Source: Auanema rhodensis (Eukaryota > Animalia > Nematoda). Taken from it: a stretch of DNA of 64,000 nucleotides. Below are positions 38,277 through 51,956 of this stretch, in pieces. The notes under the pieces were generated by a model. It searched no databases and had not been told where the DNA came from. It was given only the letters and a program-made list of their open reading frames with translations. Numbering within the stretch: the stretch's first letter is position 1; each line of letters opens with the position of its first letter. Location of the stretch: NCBI GenBank assembly GCA_964057225.1, contig OZ059900.1, positions 20,274,001 through 20,338,000 on the forward strand, in the 5' to 3' direction. The position numbers and the translations under genes are program-made.

Positions 38277-41200
38277 GTACAACGTCTAGTTCCACTTTCA
38301 CGACAAAAAACAGGGGTTAGAAAATTAAGGAAATTAGCATATTCTGAGGGCACGCCCCTTATGGCTAATATTGATTAAATCGATTTTTGTTCATATGAGT
38401 CGTTAAATGCAACGAATTTCAGCGTGTTACATACTAAAATGAAGCATTTTACATGCTGAACACTAGAAAAATACAAAAACACAGTATTTCCCATGAGAAA
38501 TATTTTATTATGCTGGAAAACCAGTTTTTGGAAATTTCGCTGTAAACAAGGTTTTGACTTACGATTTCATGTGTTCAAACTCATGCAATGTCAATGAAAC
38601 CTAGCTCAAAATTGTTCGTACAACGTCTAGTTCCACTTTCACGACAAAAAAACAAGGGTTAGAAAATTAGGGAAATTAGCATATTCTGAGGGCACGCCCC
38701 TTATGGCTAATATTGATTAAATCGATTTTTGTTCATATGAGTCGTCAAATGCAACGAATTTCAGCGTGTTACATACTAAAATGAAGCATTTTACATGCTG
38801 AACACTAAAAAAATACAAAAACACAGTATTTCCCATGAGAAATATTTTATTATGCTGGAAAACCAGTTTTTGGAAATTTCGCTGTAAACAAGGTTTTGAC
38901 TTACGATTTCATGTGTTCAAACTCATGCAATGTCAATGAAACCTAGCTCAAAATTGTTCGTACAACGTCTAGTTCCACTTTCACGACAAAAAAAAACAGG
39001 GGTTAGAAAATTAGGGAAATTAGCATATTCTGAGGGCACGCCCCTTATGGCTAATATTGATTAAATCGATTTTTGTTCATATGAGTCGTCAAATGCAACG
39101 AGTTTCAGCGTGTTACATACTAAAATGAAGCATTTTACATGCTGAACACTAGAAAAATACAAAAACACAGTATTTCCCATGAGAAATATTTTATTATGCT
39201 GGAAAACCAGTTTTTGGAAATTTCGCTGTAAACAAGGTTTTGACTTACGATTTCATGTGTTCAAACTCATGCAATGTCAATGAAACCTAGCTCAAAATTG
39301 TTCGTACAACGTCTAGTTCCACTTTCACGACAAAAAAACAGGGGTTAGAAAATTAAGGAAATTAGCATATTCTGAGGGCACGCCCCTTATGGCTAATATT
39401 GATTAAATCGATTTTTGTTCATATGAGTCGTCAAATGCAACGAATTTCAGCGTGTTACATACTAAAATGAAGCATTTTACATGCTGAACACTAGAAAAAT
39501 ACAAAAACACAGTATTTCCCATGAGAAATATTTTATTATGCTGGAAAACCAGTTTTTGGAAATTTCGCTGTAAACAAGGTTTTGACTTACGATTTCATGT
39601 GTTCAAACTCATGCAATGTCAATGAAACCTAGCTCAAAATTGTTCGTACAACGTCTAGTTCCACTTTCACGACAAAAAAACAGGGGTTAGAAAATTAGGG
39701 AAATTAGCATATTCTGAGCGCACGCCCCTTATGGCTAATATTGATTAAATCGATTTTTGTTCATATGAGTCGTCAAATGCAACGAATTTCAGCGTGTTAC
39801 ATACTAAAATGAAGCATTTTACATGCTGAACACTAGAAAAATACAAAAACACAGTATTTCCCATGAGAAATATTTTATTATGCTGGAAAACCAGTTTTTG
39901 GAAATTTCGCTGTAAACAAGGTTTTGACTTACGATTTCATGTGTTCAAACTCATGCAATGTCAATGAAACCTAGCTCAAAATTGTTCGTACAACGTCTAG
40001 TTCCACTTTCACGACAAAAAAACAGGGGTTAGAAAATTAGGGAAATTAGCATATTCTGAGGGCACGCCCCTTATGGCTAATATTGATTAAATCGATTTTT
40101 GTTCATATGAGTCGTCAAATGCAACGAATTTCAGCGTGTTACATACTAAAATGAAGCATTTTACATGCTGAACACTAGAAAAATACAAAAACACAGTATT
40201 TTCCATGAGAAATATTTTATTATGCTGGAAAACCAGTTTTTGGAAATTTCGCTGTAAACAAGGTTTTGACTTACGATTTCATGTGTTCAAACTCATGCAA
40301 TGTCAATGAAACCTAGCTCAAAATTGTTCGTACAACGTCTAGTTCCACTTTCACGACAAAAAAACAGGGGTTAGAAAATTAAGGAAATTAGCATATTCTG
40401 AGGGCACGCCCCTTATGGCTAATATTGATTAAATCGATTTTTGTTCATATGAGTCGTCAAATGCAACGAATTTCAGCGTGTTACATACTAAAATGAAGCA
40501 TTTTACATGCTGAACACTAGAAAAATACAAAAACACAGTATTTCCCATGAGAAATATTTTATTATGCTGGAAAACCAGTTTTTGGAAATTTCGCTGTAAA
40601 CAAGGTTTTGACTTACGATTTCATGTGTTCAAACTCATGCAATGTCAATGAAACCTAGCTCAAAATTGTTCGTACAACGTCTAGTTCCACTTTCACGACA
40701 AAAAAACAGGGGTTAGAAAATTAAGGAAATTAGCATATTCTGAGGGCACGCCCCTTATGGCTAATATTGATTAAATCGATTTTTGTTCATATGAGTCGTC
40801 AAATGCAACGAATTTCAGCGTGTTACATACTAAAATGAAGCATTTTACATGCTGAACACTAGAAAAATACAAAAACACAGTATTTCCCATGAGAAATATT
40901 TTATTATGCTGGAAAACCAGTTTTTGGAAATTTCGCTGTAAACAAGGTTTTGACTTACGATTTCATGTGTTCAAACTCATGCAATGTCAATGAAACCTAG
41001 CTCAAAATTGTTCGTACAGCGTCTAGTTCCACTTTCACGACAAAAAAACAGGGGTTAGAAAATTAAGGAAATTAGCATATTCTGAGGGCACGCCCCTTAT
41101 GGCTAATATTGATTAAATCGATTTTTGTTCATATGAGTCGTCAAATGCAACGAATTTCAGCGTGTTACATACTAAAATGAAGCATTTTACATGCTGAACA

Positions 41201-44200
41201 CTAGAAAAATACAAAAACACAGTATTTCCCATGAGAAATATTTTATTATGCTGGAAAACCAGTTTTTGGAAATTTCGCTGTAAACAAGGTTTTGACTTAC
41301 GATTTCATGTGTTCAAACTCATGCAATGTCAATGAAACCTAGCTCAAAATTGTTCGTACAACGTCTAGTTCCACTTTCACGACAAAAAACAGGGGTTAGA
41401 AAATTAAGGAAATTAGCATATTCTGAGGGCACGCCCCTTATGGCTAATATTGATTAAATCGATTTTTGTTCATATGAGTCGTTAAATGCAACGAATTTCA
41501 GCGTGTTACATACTAAAATGAAGCATTTTACATGCTGAACACTAGAAAAATACAAAAACACAGTATTTCCCATGAGAAATATTTTATTATGCTGGAAAAC
41601 CAGTTTTTGGAAATTTCGCTGTAAACAAGGTTTTGACTTACGATTTCATGTGTTCAAACTCATGCAATGTCAATGAAACCTAGCTCAAAATTGTTCGTAC
41701 AACGTCTAGTTCCACTTTCACGACAAAAAAACAAGGGTTAGAAAATTAGGGAAATTAGCATATTCTGAGGGCACGCCCCTTATGGCTAATATTGATTAAA
41801 TCGATTTTTGTTCATATGAGTCGTCAAATGCAACGAATTTCAGCGTGTTACATACTAAAATGAAGCATTTTACATGCTGAACACTAAAAAAATACAAAAA
41901 CACAGTATTTCCCATGAGAAATATTTTATTATGCTGGAAAACCAGTTTTTGGAAATTTCGCTGTAAACAAGGTTTTGACTTACGATTTCATGTGTTCAAA
42001 CTCATGCAATGTCAATGAAACCTAGCTCAAAATTGTTCGTACAACGTCTAGTTCCACTTTCACGACAAAAAAAAACAGGGGTTAGAAAATTAGGGAAATT
42101 AGCATATTCTGAGGGCACGCCCCTTATGGCTAATATTGATTAAATCGATTTTTGTTCATATGAGTCGTCAAATGCAACGAGTTTCAGCGTGTTACATACT
42201 AAAATGAAGCATTTTACATGCTGAACACTAGAAAAATACAAAAACACAGTATTTCCCATGAGAAATATTTTATTATGCTGGAAAACCAGTTTTTGGAAAT
42301 TTCGCTGTAAACAAGGTTTTGACTTACGATTTCATGTGTTCAAACTCATGCAATGTCAATGAAACCTAGCTCAAAATTGTTCGTACAACGTCTAGTTCCA
42401 CTTTCACGACAAAAAAACAGGGGTTAGAAAATTAAGGAAATTAGCATATTCTGAGGGCACGCCCCTTATGGCTAATATTGATTAAATCGATTTTTGTTCA
42501 TATGAGTCGTCAAATGCAACGAATTTCAGCGTGTTACATACTAAAATGAAGCATTTTACATGCTGAACACTAGAAAAATACAAAAACACAGTATTTCCCA
42601 TGAGAAATATTTTATTATGCTGGAAAACCAGTTTTTGGAAATTTCGCTGTAAACAAGGTTTTGACTTACGATTTCATGTGTTCAAACTCATGCAATGTCA
42701 ATGAAACCTAGCTCAAAATTGTTCGTACAACGTCTAGTTCCACTTTCACGACAAAAAAACAGGGGTTAGAAAATTAGGGAAATTAGCATATTCTGAGCGC
42801 ACGCCCCTTATGGCTAATATTGATTAAATCGATTTTTGTTCATATGAGTCGTCAAATGCAACGAATTTCAGCGTGTTACATACTAAAATGAAGCATTTTA
42901 CATGCTGAACACTAGAAAAATACAAAAACACAGTATTTCCCATGAGAAATATTTTATTATGCTGGAAAACCAGTTTTTGGAAATTTCGCTGTAAACAAGG
43001 TTTTGACTTACGATTTCATGTGTTCAAACTCATGCAATGTCAATGAAACCTAGCTCAAAATTGTTCGTACAACGTCTAGTTCCACTTTCACGACAAAAAA
43101 ACAGGGGTTAGAAAATTAGGGAAATTAGCATATTCTGAGGGCACGCCCCTTATGGCTAATATTGATTAAATCGATTTTTGTTCATATGAGTCGTCAAATG
43201 CAACGAATTTCAGCGTGTTACATACTAAAATGAAGCATTTTACATGCTGAACACTAGAAAAATACAAAAACACAGTATTTTCCATGAGAAATATTTTATT
43301 ATGCTGGAAAACCAGTTTTTGGAAATTTCGCTGTAAACAAGGTTTTGACTTACGATTTCATGTGTTCAAACTCATGCAATGTCAATGAAACCTAGCTCAA
43401 AATTGTTCGTACAACGTCTAGTTCCACTTTCACGACAAAAAAACAGGGGTTAGAAAATTAAGGAAATTAGCATATTCTGAGGGCACGCCCCTTATGGCTA
43501 ATATTGATTAAATCGATTTTTGTTCATATGAGTCGTCAAATGCAACGAATTTCAGCGTGTTACATACTAAAATGAAGCATTTTACATGCTGAACACTAGA
43601 AAAATACAAAAACACAGTATTTCCCATGAGAAATATTTTATTATGCTGGAAAACCAGTTTTTGGAAATTTCGCTGTAAACAAGGTTTTGACTTACGATTT
43701 CATGTGTTCAAACTCATGCAATGTCAATGAAACCTAGCTCAAAATTGTTCGTACAACGTCTAGTTCCACTTTCACGACAAAAAAACAGGGGTTAGAAAAT
43801 TAAGGAAATTAGCATATTCTGAGGGCACGCCCCTTATGGCTAATATTGATTAAATCGATTTTTGTTCATATGAGTCGTCAAATGCAACGAATTTCAGCGT
43901 GTTACATACTAAAATGAAGCATTTTACATGCTGAACACTAGAAAAATACAAAAACACAGTATTTCCCATGAGAAATATTTTATTATGCTGGAAAACCAGT
44001 TTTTGGAAATTTCGCTGTAAACAAGGTTTTGACTTACGATTTCATGTGTTCAAACTCATGCAATGTCAATGAAACCTAGCTCAAAATTGTTCGTACAGCG
44101 TCTAGTTCCACTTTCACGACAAAAAAACAGGGGTTAGAAAATTAAGGAAATTAGCATATTCTGAGGGCACGCCCCTTATGGCTAATATTGATTAAATCGA

Positions 44201-44434
44201 TTTTTGTTCATATGAGTCGTCAAATGCAACGAATTTCAGCGTGTTACATACTAAAATGAAGCATTTTACATGCTGAACACTAGAAAAATACAAAAACACA
44301 GTATTTCCCATGAGAAATATTTTATTATGCTGGAAAACCAGTTTTTGGAAATTTCGCTGTAAACAAGGTTTTGACTTACGATTTCATGTGTTCAAACTCA
44401 TGCAATGTCAATGAAACCTAGCTCAAAATTGTTC
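38277..44434 (+). repeat. 9-monomer higher-order tandem duplication (2 x 3079 bp)
   Basis: Monomers 113-121 and 122-130 share the same order: [6-A tract+C129T],[A38+G53+A191],[9-A tract+G53+G141],cons,[G53+C74],[G53+T215],cons,cons,[A6G]. Confidence 0.9.
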
Positions 44435-47400
44435 GTACAACGTCTAGTTCCACTTTCACGACAAAAAAACAGGGGTTAGAAAATTAAGGAAATTAGCATA
44501 TTCTGAGGGCACGCCCCTTATGGCTAATATTGATTAAATCGATTTTTGTTCATATGAGTCGTCAAATGCAACGAATTTCAGCGTGTTACATACTAAAATG
44601 AAGCATTTTACATGCTGAACACTAGAAAAATACAAAAACACAGTATTTCCCATGAGAAATATTTTATTATGCTGGAAAACCAGTTTTTGGAAATTTCGCT
44701 GTAAACAAGGTTTTGACTTACGATTTCATGTGTTCAAACTCATGCAATGTCAATGAAACCTAGCTCAAAATTGTTCGTACAACGTCTAGTTCCACTTTCA
44801 CGACAAAAAAACAAGGGTTAGAAAATTAGGGAAATTAGCATATTCTGAGGGCACGCCCCTTATGGCTAATATTGATTAAATCGATTTTTGTTCATATGAG
44901 TCGTCAAATGCAACGAATTTCAGCGTGTTACATACTAAAATGAAGCATTTTACATGCTGAACACTAAAAAAATACAAAAACACAGTATTTCCCATGAGAA
45001 ATATTTTATTATGCTGGAAAACCAGTTTTTGGAAATTTCGCTGTAAACAAGGTTTTGACTTACGATTTCATGTGTTCAAACTCATGCAATGTCAATGAAA
45101 CCTAGCTCAAAATTGTTCGTACAACGTCTAGTTCCACTTTCACGACAAAAAACAGGGGTTAGAAAATTAAGGAAATTAGCATATTCTGAGGGCACGCCGC
45201 TTATGGCTAATATTGATTAAATCGATTTTTGTTCATATGAGTCGTCAAATGCAACGAATTTCAACGTGTTACATACTAAAATGAAGCATTTTACATGCTG
45301 AACACTAGAAAAATACAAAAACACAGTATTTCCCATGAGAAATATTTTATTATGCTGGAAAACCAGTTTTTGGAAATTTCGCTGTAAACAAGGTTTTGAC
45401 TTACGATTTCATGTGTTCAAACTCATGCAATGTCAATGAAACCTAGCTCAAAATTGTTCGTACAACGTCTAGTTCCACTTTCACGACAAAAAAACAGGGG
45501 TTAGAAAATTAGGGAAATTAGCATATTCTGAGGGCACGCCCCTTATGGCTAGTATTGATTAAATCGATTTTTGTTCATATGAGTCGTCAAATGCAACGAA
45601 TTTCAGCGTGTTACATACTAAAATGAAACATTTTACATGCTGAACACTAGAAAAATACAAAAACACAGTATTTCCCATGAGAAATATTTTATTATGCTGG
45701 AAAACCAGTTTTTGGAAATTTCGCTGTAAACAAGGTTTTGACTTACGATTTCATGTGTTCAAACTCATGCAATGTCAATGAAACCTAGCTCAAAATTGTT
45801 TGTACAACGTCTAGTTCCACTTTCACGACAAAAAAAACAGGGGTTAGAAAATTAGGGAAATTAGCATATTCTGAGGGCACGCCCCTTATGGCTAATATTG
45901 ATTAAATCGATTTTTGTTCATATGAGTCGTCAAATGCAACGAGTTTCAGCGTGTTACATACTAAAATGAAGCATTTTACATGCTGAACACTAGAAAAATA
46001 CAAAAACACAGTATTTCCCATGAGAAATATTTTATTATGCTGGAAAACCAGTTTTTGGAAATTTCGCTGTAAACAAGGTTTTGACTTACGATTTCATGTG
46101 TTCAAACTCATGCAATGTCAATGAAACCTAGCTCAAAATTGTTCGTACAACGTCTAGTTCCACTTTCACGACAAAAAAACAGGGGTTAGAAAATTAAGGA
46201 AATTAGCATATTCTGAGGGCACGCCCCTTATGGCTAATATTGATTAAATCGATTTTTGTTCATATGAGTCGTCAAATGCAACGAATTTCAGCGTGTTACG
46301 TACTAAAATGAAGCATTTTACATGCTGAACACTAGAAAAATACAAAAACACAGTATTTCCCATGAGAAATATTTTATTATGCTGGAAAACCAGTTTTTGG
46401 AAATTTCGCTGTAAACAAGGTTTTGACTTACGATTTCATGTGTTCAAACTCATGCAATGTCAATGAAACCTAGCTCAAAATTGTTCGTACAGCGTCTAGT
46501 TCCACTTTCACGACAAAAAAACAGGGGTTAGAAAATTAAGGAAATTAGCATATTCTGAGGGCACGCCCCTTATGGCTAATATTGATTAAATCGATTTTTG
46601 TTCATATGAGTCGTCAAATGCAACGAATTTCAGCGTGTTACATACTAAAATGAAGCATTTTACATGCTGAACACTAGAAAAATACAAAAACACAGTATTT
46701 CCCATGAGAAATATTTTATTATGCTGGAAAACCAGTTTTTGGAAATTTCGCTGTAAACAAGGTTTTGACTTACGATTTCATGTGTTCAAACTCATGCAAT
46801 GTCAATGAAACCTAGCTCAAAATTGTTCGTACAACGTCTAGTTCCACTTTCACGACAAAAAAACAGGGGTTAGAAAATTAAGGAAATTAGCATATTCTGA
46901 GGGCACGCCCCTTATGGCTAATATTGATTAAATCGATTTTTGTTCATATGAGTCGTCAAATGCAACGAATTTCAGCGTGTTACATACTAAAATGAAGCAT
47001 TTTACATGCTGAACACTAGAAAAATACAAAAACACAGTATTTCCCATGAGAAATATTTTATTATGCTGGAAAACCAGTTTTTGGAAATTTCGCTGTAAAC
47101 AAGGTTTTGACTTACGATTTCATGTGTTCAAACTCATGCAATGTCAATGAAACCTAGCTCAAAATTGTTCGTACAACGTCTAGTTCCACTTTCACGACAA
47201 AAAAACAAGGGTTAGAAAATTAGGGAAATTAGCATATTCTGAGGGCACGCCCCTTATGGCTAATATTGATTAAATCGATTTTTGTTCATATGAGTCGTCA
47301 AATGCAACGAATTTCAGCGTGTTACATACTAAAATGAAGCATTTTACATGCTGAACACTAAAAAAATACAAAAACACAGTATTTCCCATGAGAAATATTT

Positions 47401-49220
47401 TATTATGCTGGAAAACCAGTTTTTGGAAATTTCGCTGTAAACAAGGTTTTGACTTACGATTTCATGTGTTCAAACTCATGCAATGTCAATGAAACCTAGC
47501 TCAAAATTGTTCGTACAACGTCTAGTTCCACTTTCACGACAAAAAAACAAGGGTTAGAAAATTAGGGAAATTAGCATATTCTGAGGGCACGCCCCTTATG
47601 GCTAATATTGATTAAATCGATTTTTGTTCATATGAGTCGTCAAATGCAACGAATTTCAGCGTGTTACATACTAAAATGAAGCATTTTACATGCTGAACAC
47701 TAAAAAAATACAAAAACACAGTATTTCCCATGAGAAATATTTTATTATGCTGGAAAACCAGTTTTTGGAAATTTCGCTGTAAACAAGGTTTTGACTTACG
47801 ATTTCATGTGTTCAAACTCATGCAATGTCAATGAAACCTAGCTCAAAATTGTTCGTACAACGTCTAGTTCCACTTTCACGACAAAAAACAGGGGTTAGAA
47901 AATTAAGGAAATTAGCATATTCTGAGGGCACGCCCCTTATGGCTAATATTGATTAAATCGATTTTTGTTCATATGAGTCGTCAAATGCAACGAATTTCAA
48001 CGTGTTACATACTAAAATGAAGCATTTTACATGCTGAACACTAGAAAAATACAAAAACACAGTATTTCCCATGAGAAATATTTTATTATGCTGGAAAACC
48101 AGTTTTTGGAAATTTCGCTGTAAACAAGGTTTTGACTTACGATTTCATGTGTTCAAACTCATGCAATGTCAATGAAACCTAGCTCAAAATTGTTCGTACA
48201 ACGTCTAGTTCCACTTTCACGACAAAAAAACAGGGGTTAGAAAATTAGGGAAATTAGCATATTCTGAGGGCACGCCCCTTATGGCTAATATTGATTAAAT
48301 CGATTTTTGTTCATATGAGTCGTCAACTGCAACGAATTTCAGCGTGTTACATACTAAAATGAAGCATTTTACATGCTGAACACTAAAAAAATACAAAAAC
48401 ACAGTATTTCCCATGAGAAATATTTTATTATGCTGGAAAACCAGTTTTTGGAAATTTCGCTGTAAACAAGGTTTTGACTTACGATTTCATGTGTTCAAAC
48501 TCATGCAATGTCAATGAAACCTAGCTCAAAATTGTTCGTACAACGTCTAGTTCCACTTTCACGACAAAAAACAGGGGTTAGAAAATTAAGGAAATTAGCA
48601 TATTCTGAGGGCACGCCCCTTATGGCTAATATTGATTAAATCGATTTTTGTTCATATGAGTCGTCAAATGCAACGAATTTCAACGTGTTACATACTAAAA
48701 TGAAGCATTTTACATGCTGAACACTAGAAAAATACAAAAACACAGTATTTCCCATGAGAAATATTTTATTATGCTGGAAAACCAGTTTTTGGAAATTTCG
48801 CTGTAAACAAGGTTTTGACTTACGATTTCATGTGTTCAAACTCATGCAATGTCAATGAAACCTAGCTCAAAATTGTTCGTACAACGTCTAGTCCCACTTT
48901 CACGACAAAAAAACAAGGGTTAGAAAATTAGGGAAATTAGCATATTCTGAGGGCACGCCCCTTATGGCTAATATTGATTAAATCGATTTTTGTTCATATG
49001 AGTCGTCAAATGCAACGAATTTCAGCGTGTTACATACTAAAATGAAGCATTTTACATGCTGAACACTAGAAAAATACAAAAACACAGTATTTCCCATGAG
49101 AAATATTTTATTATGCTGGAAAACCAGTTTTTGGAAATTTCGCTGTAAACAAGGTTTTGACTTACGATTTCATGTGTTCAAACTCATGCAATGTCAATGA
49201 AACCTAGCTCAAAATTGTTC

Positions 49221-51956
49221 GTACAACGTCTAGTTCCACTTTCACGACAAAAAAATAGGGGTTAGAAAATTAGGGAAATTAGCATATTCTGAGCGCACGC
49301 CCCTTATGGCTAATATTGATTAAATCGATTTTTGTTCATATGAGTCGTCAAATGCAACGAATTTCAGCGTGTTACATACTAAAATGAAGCATTTTACATG
49401 CTGAACACTAGAAAAATACAAAAACACAGTATTTCCCATGAGAAATATTTTATTATGCTGGAAAACCAGTTTTTGGAAATTTCGCTGTAAACAAGGTTTT
49501 GACTTACGATTTCATGTGTTCAAACTCATGCAATGTCAATGAAACCTAGCTCAAAATTGTTCGTACAACGTCTAGTTCCACTTTCACGACAAAAAAACAG
49601 GGGTTAGAAAATTAAGGAAATTAGCATATTCTGAGGGCACGCCCCTTATGGCTAATATTGATTAAATCGATTTTTGTTCATATGAGTCGTCAAATGCAAC
49701 GAATATCAGCGTGTTACATACTAAAATGAAGCATTTTACATGCTGAACACTAGAAAAATACAAAAACACAGTATTTCCCATGAGAAATATTTTATTATGC
49801 TGGAAAACCAGTTTTTGGAAATTTCGCTGTAAACAAGGTTTTGACTTACGATTTCATGTGTTCAAACTCATGCAATGTCAATGAAACCTAGCTCAAAATT
49901 GTTCGTACAACGTCTAGTTCCACTTTCACGACAAAAAAACAGGGGTTAGAAAATTAAGGAAATTAGCATATTCTGAGGGCACGCCCCTTATGGCTAATAT
50001 TGATTAAATCGATTTTTGTTCATATGAGTCGTCAAATGCAACGAATTTCAGCGTGTTACATATTAAAATGAAGCATTTTACATGCTGAACACTAGAAAAA
50101 TACAAAAACACAGTATTTCCCATGAGAAATATTTTATTATGCTGGAAAACCAGTTTTTGGAAATTTCGCTGTAAACAAGGTTTTGACTTACGATTTCATG
50201 TGTTCAAACTCATGCAATGTCAATGAAACCTAGCTCAAAATTGTTCGTACAACGTCTAGTTCCACTTTCACGACAAAAAAACAGGGGTTAGAAAATTAGG
50301 GAAATTAGCATATTCTGAGGGCACGCCCCTTATGGCTAATATTGATTAAATCGATTTTTGTTCATATGAGTCGTCAAATGCAACGAATTTCAGCGTGTTA
50401 CATACTAAAATGAAGCATTTTACATGCTGAACACTAGAAAAATACAAAAACACAGTATTTCCCATGAGAAATATTTTATTATGCTGGAAAACCAGTTTTT
50501 GGAAATTTCGCTGTAAACAAGGTTTTGACTTACGATTTCATGTGTTCAAACTCATGCAATGTCAATGAAACCTAGCTCAAAATTGTTCGTACAACGTCTA
50601 GTTCCACTTTCACGACAAAAAAATAGGGGTTAGAAAATTAGGGAAATTAGCATATTCTGAGCGCACGCCCCTTATGGCTAATATTGATTAAATCGATTTT
50701 TGTTCATATGAGTCGTCAAATGCAACGAATTTCAGCGTGTTACATACTAAAATGAAGCATTTTACATGCTGAACACTAGAAAAATACAAAAACACAGTAT
50801 TTCCCATGAGAAATATTTTATTATGCTGGAAAACCAGTTTTTGGAAATTTCGCTGTAAACAAGGTTTTGACTTACGATTTCATGTGTTCAAACTCATGCA
50901 ATGTCAATGAAACCTAGCTCAAAATTGTTCGTACAACGTCTAGTTCCACTTTCACGACAAAAAAACAGGGGTTAGAAAATTAAGGAAATTAGCATATTCT
51001 GAGGGCACGCCCCTTATGGCTAATATTGATTAAATCGATTTTTGTTCATATGAGTCGTCAAATGCAACGAATATCAGCGTGTTACATACTAAAATGAAGC
51101 ATTTTACATGCTGAACACTAGAAAAATACAAAAACACAGTATTTCCCATGAGAAATATTTTATTATGCTGGAAAACCAGTTTTTGGAAATTTCGCTGTAA
51201 ACAAGGTTTTGACTTACGATTTCATGTGTTCAAACTCATGCAATGTCAATGAAACCTAGCTCAAAATTGTTCGTACAACGTCTAGTTCCACTTTCACGAC
51301 AAAAAAACAGGGGTTAGAAAATTAAGGAAATTAGCATATTCTGAGGGCACGCCCCTTATGGCTAATATTGATTAAATCGATTTTTGTTCATATGAGTCGT
51401 CAAATGCAACGAATTTCAGCGTGTTACATATTAAAATGAAGCATTTTACATGCTGAACACTAGAAAAATACAAAAACACAGTATTTCCCATGAGAAATAT
51501 TTTATTATGCTGGAAAACCAGTTTTTGGAAATTTCGCTGTAAACAAGGTTTTGACTTACGATTTCATGTGTTCAAACTCATGCAATGTCAATGAAACCTA
51601 GCTCAAAATTGTTCGTACAACGTCTAGTTCCACTTTCACGACAAAAAAACAGGGGTTAGAAAATTAGGGAAATTAGCATATTCTGAGGGCACGCCCCTTA
51701 TGGCTAATATTGATTAAATCGATTTTTGTTCATATGAGTCGTCAAATGCAACGAATTTCAGCGTGTTACATACTAAAATGAAGCATTTTACATGCTGAAC
51801 ACTAGAAAAATACAAAAACACAGTATTTCCCATGAGAAATATTTTATTATGCTGGAAAACCAGTTTTTGGAAATTTCGCTGTAAACAAGGTTTTGACTTA
51901 CGATTTCATGTGTTCAAACTCATGCAATGTCAATGAAACCTAGCTCAAAATTGTTC
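49221..51956 (+). repeat. 4-monomer tandem duplication (2 x 1368 bp) nested in the first 21-mer copy
   Basis: The order [T36+G53+C74],[A143],[T159],[G53] occurs twice. Confidence 0.9.
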
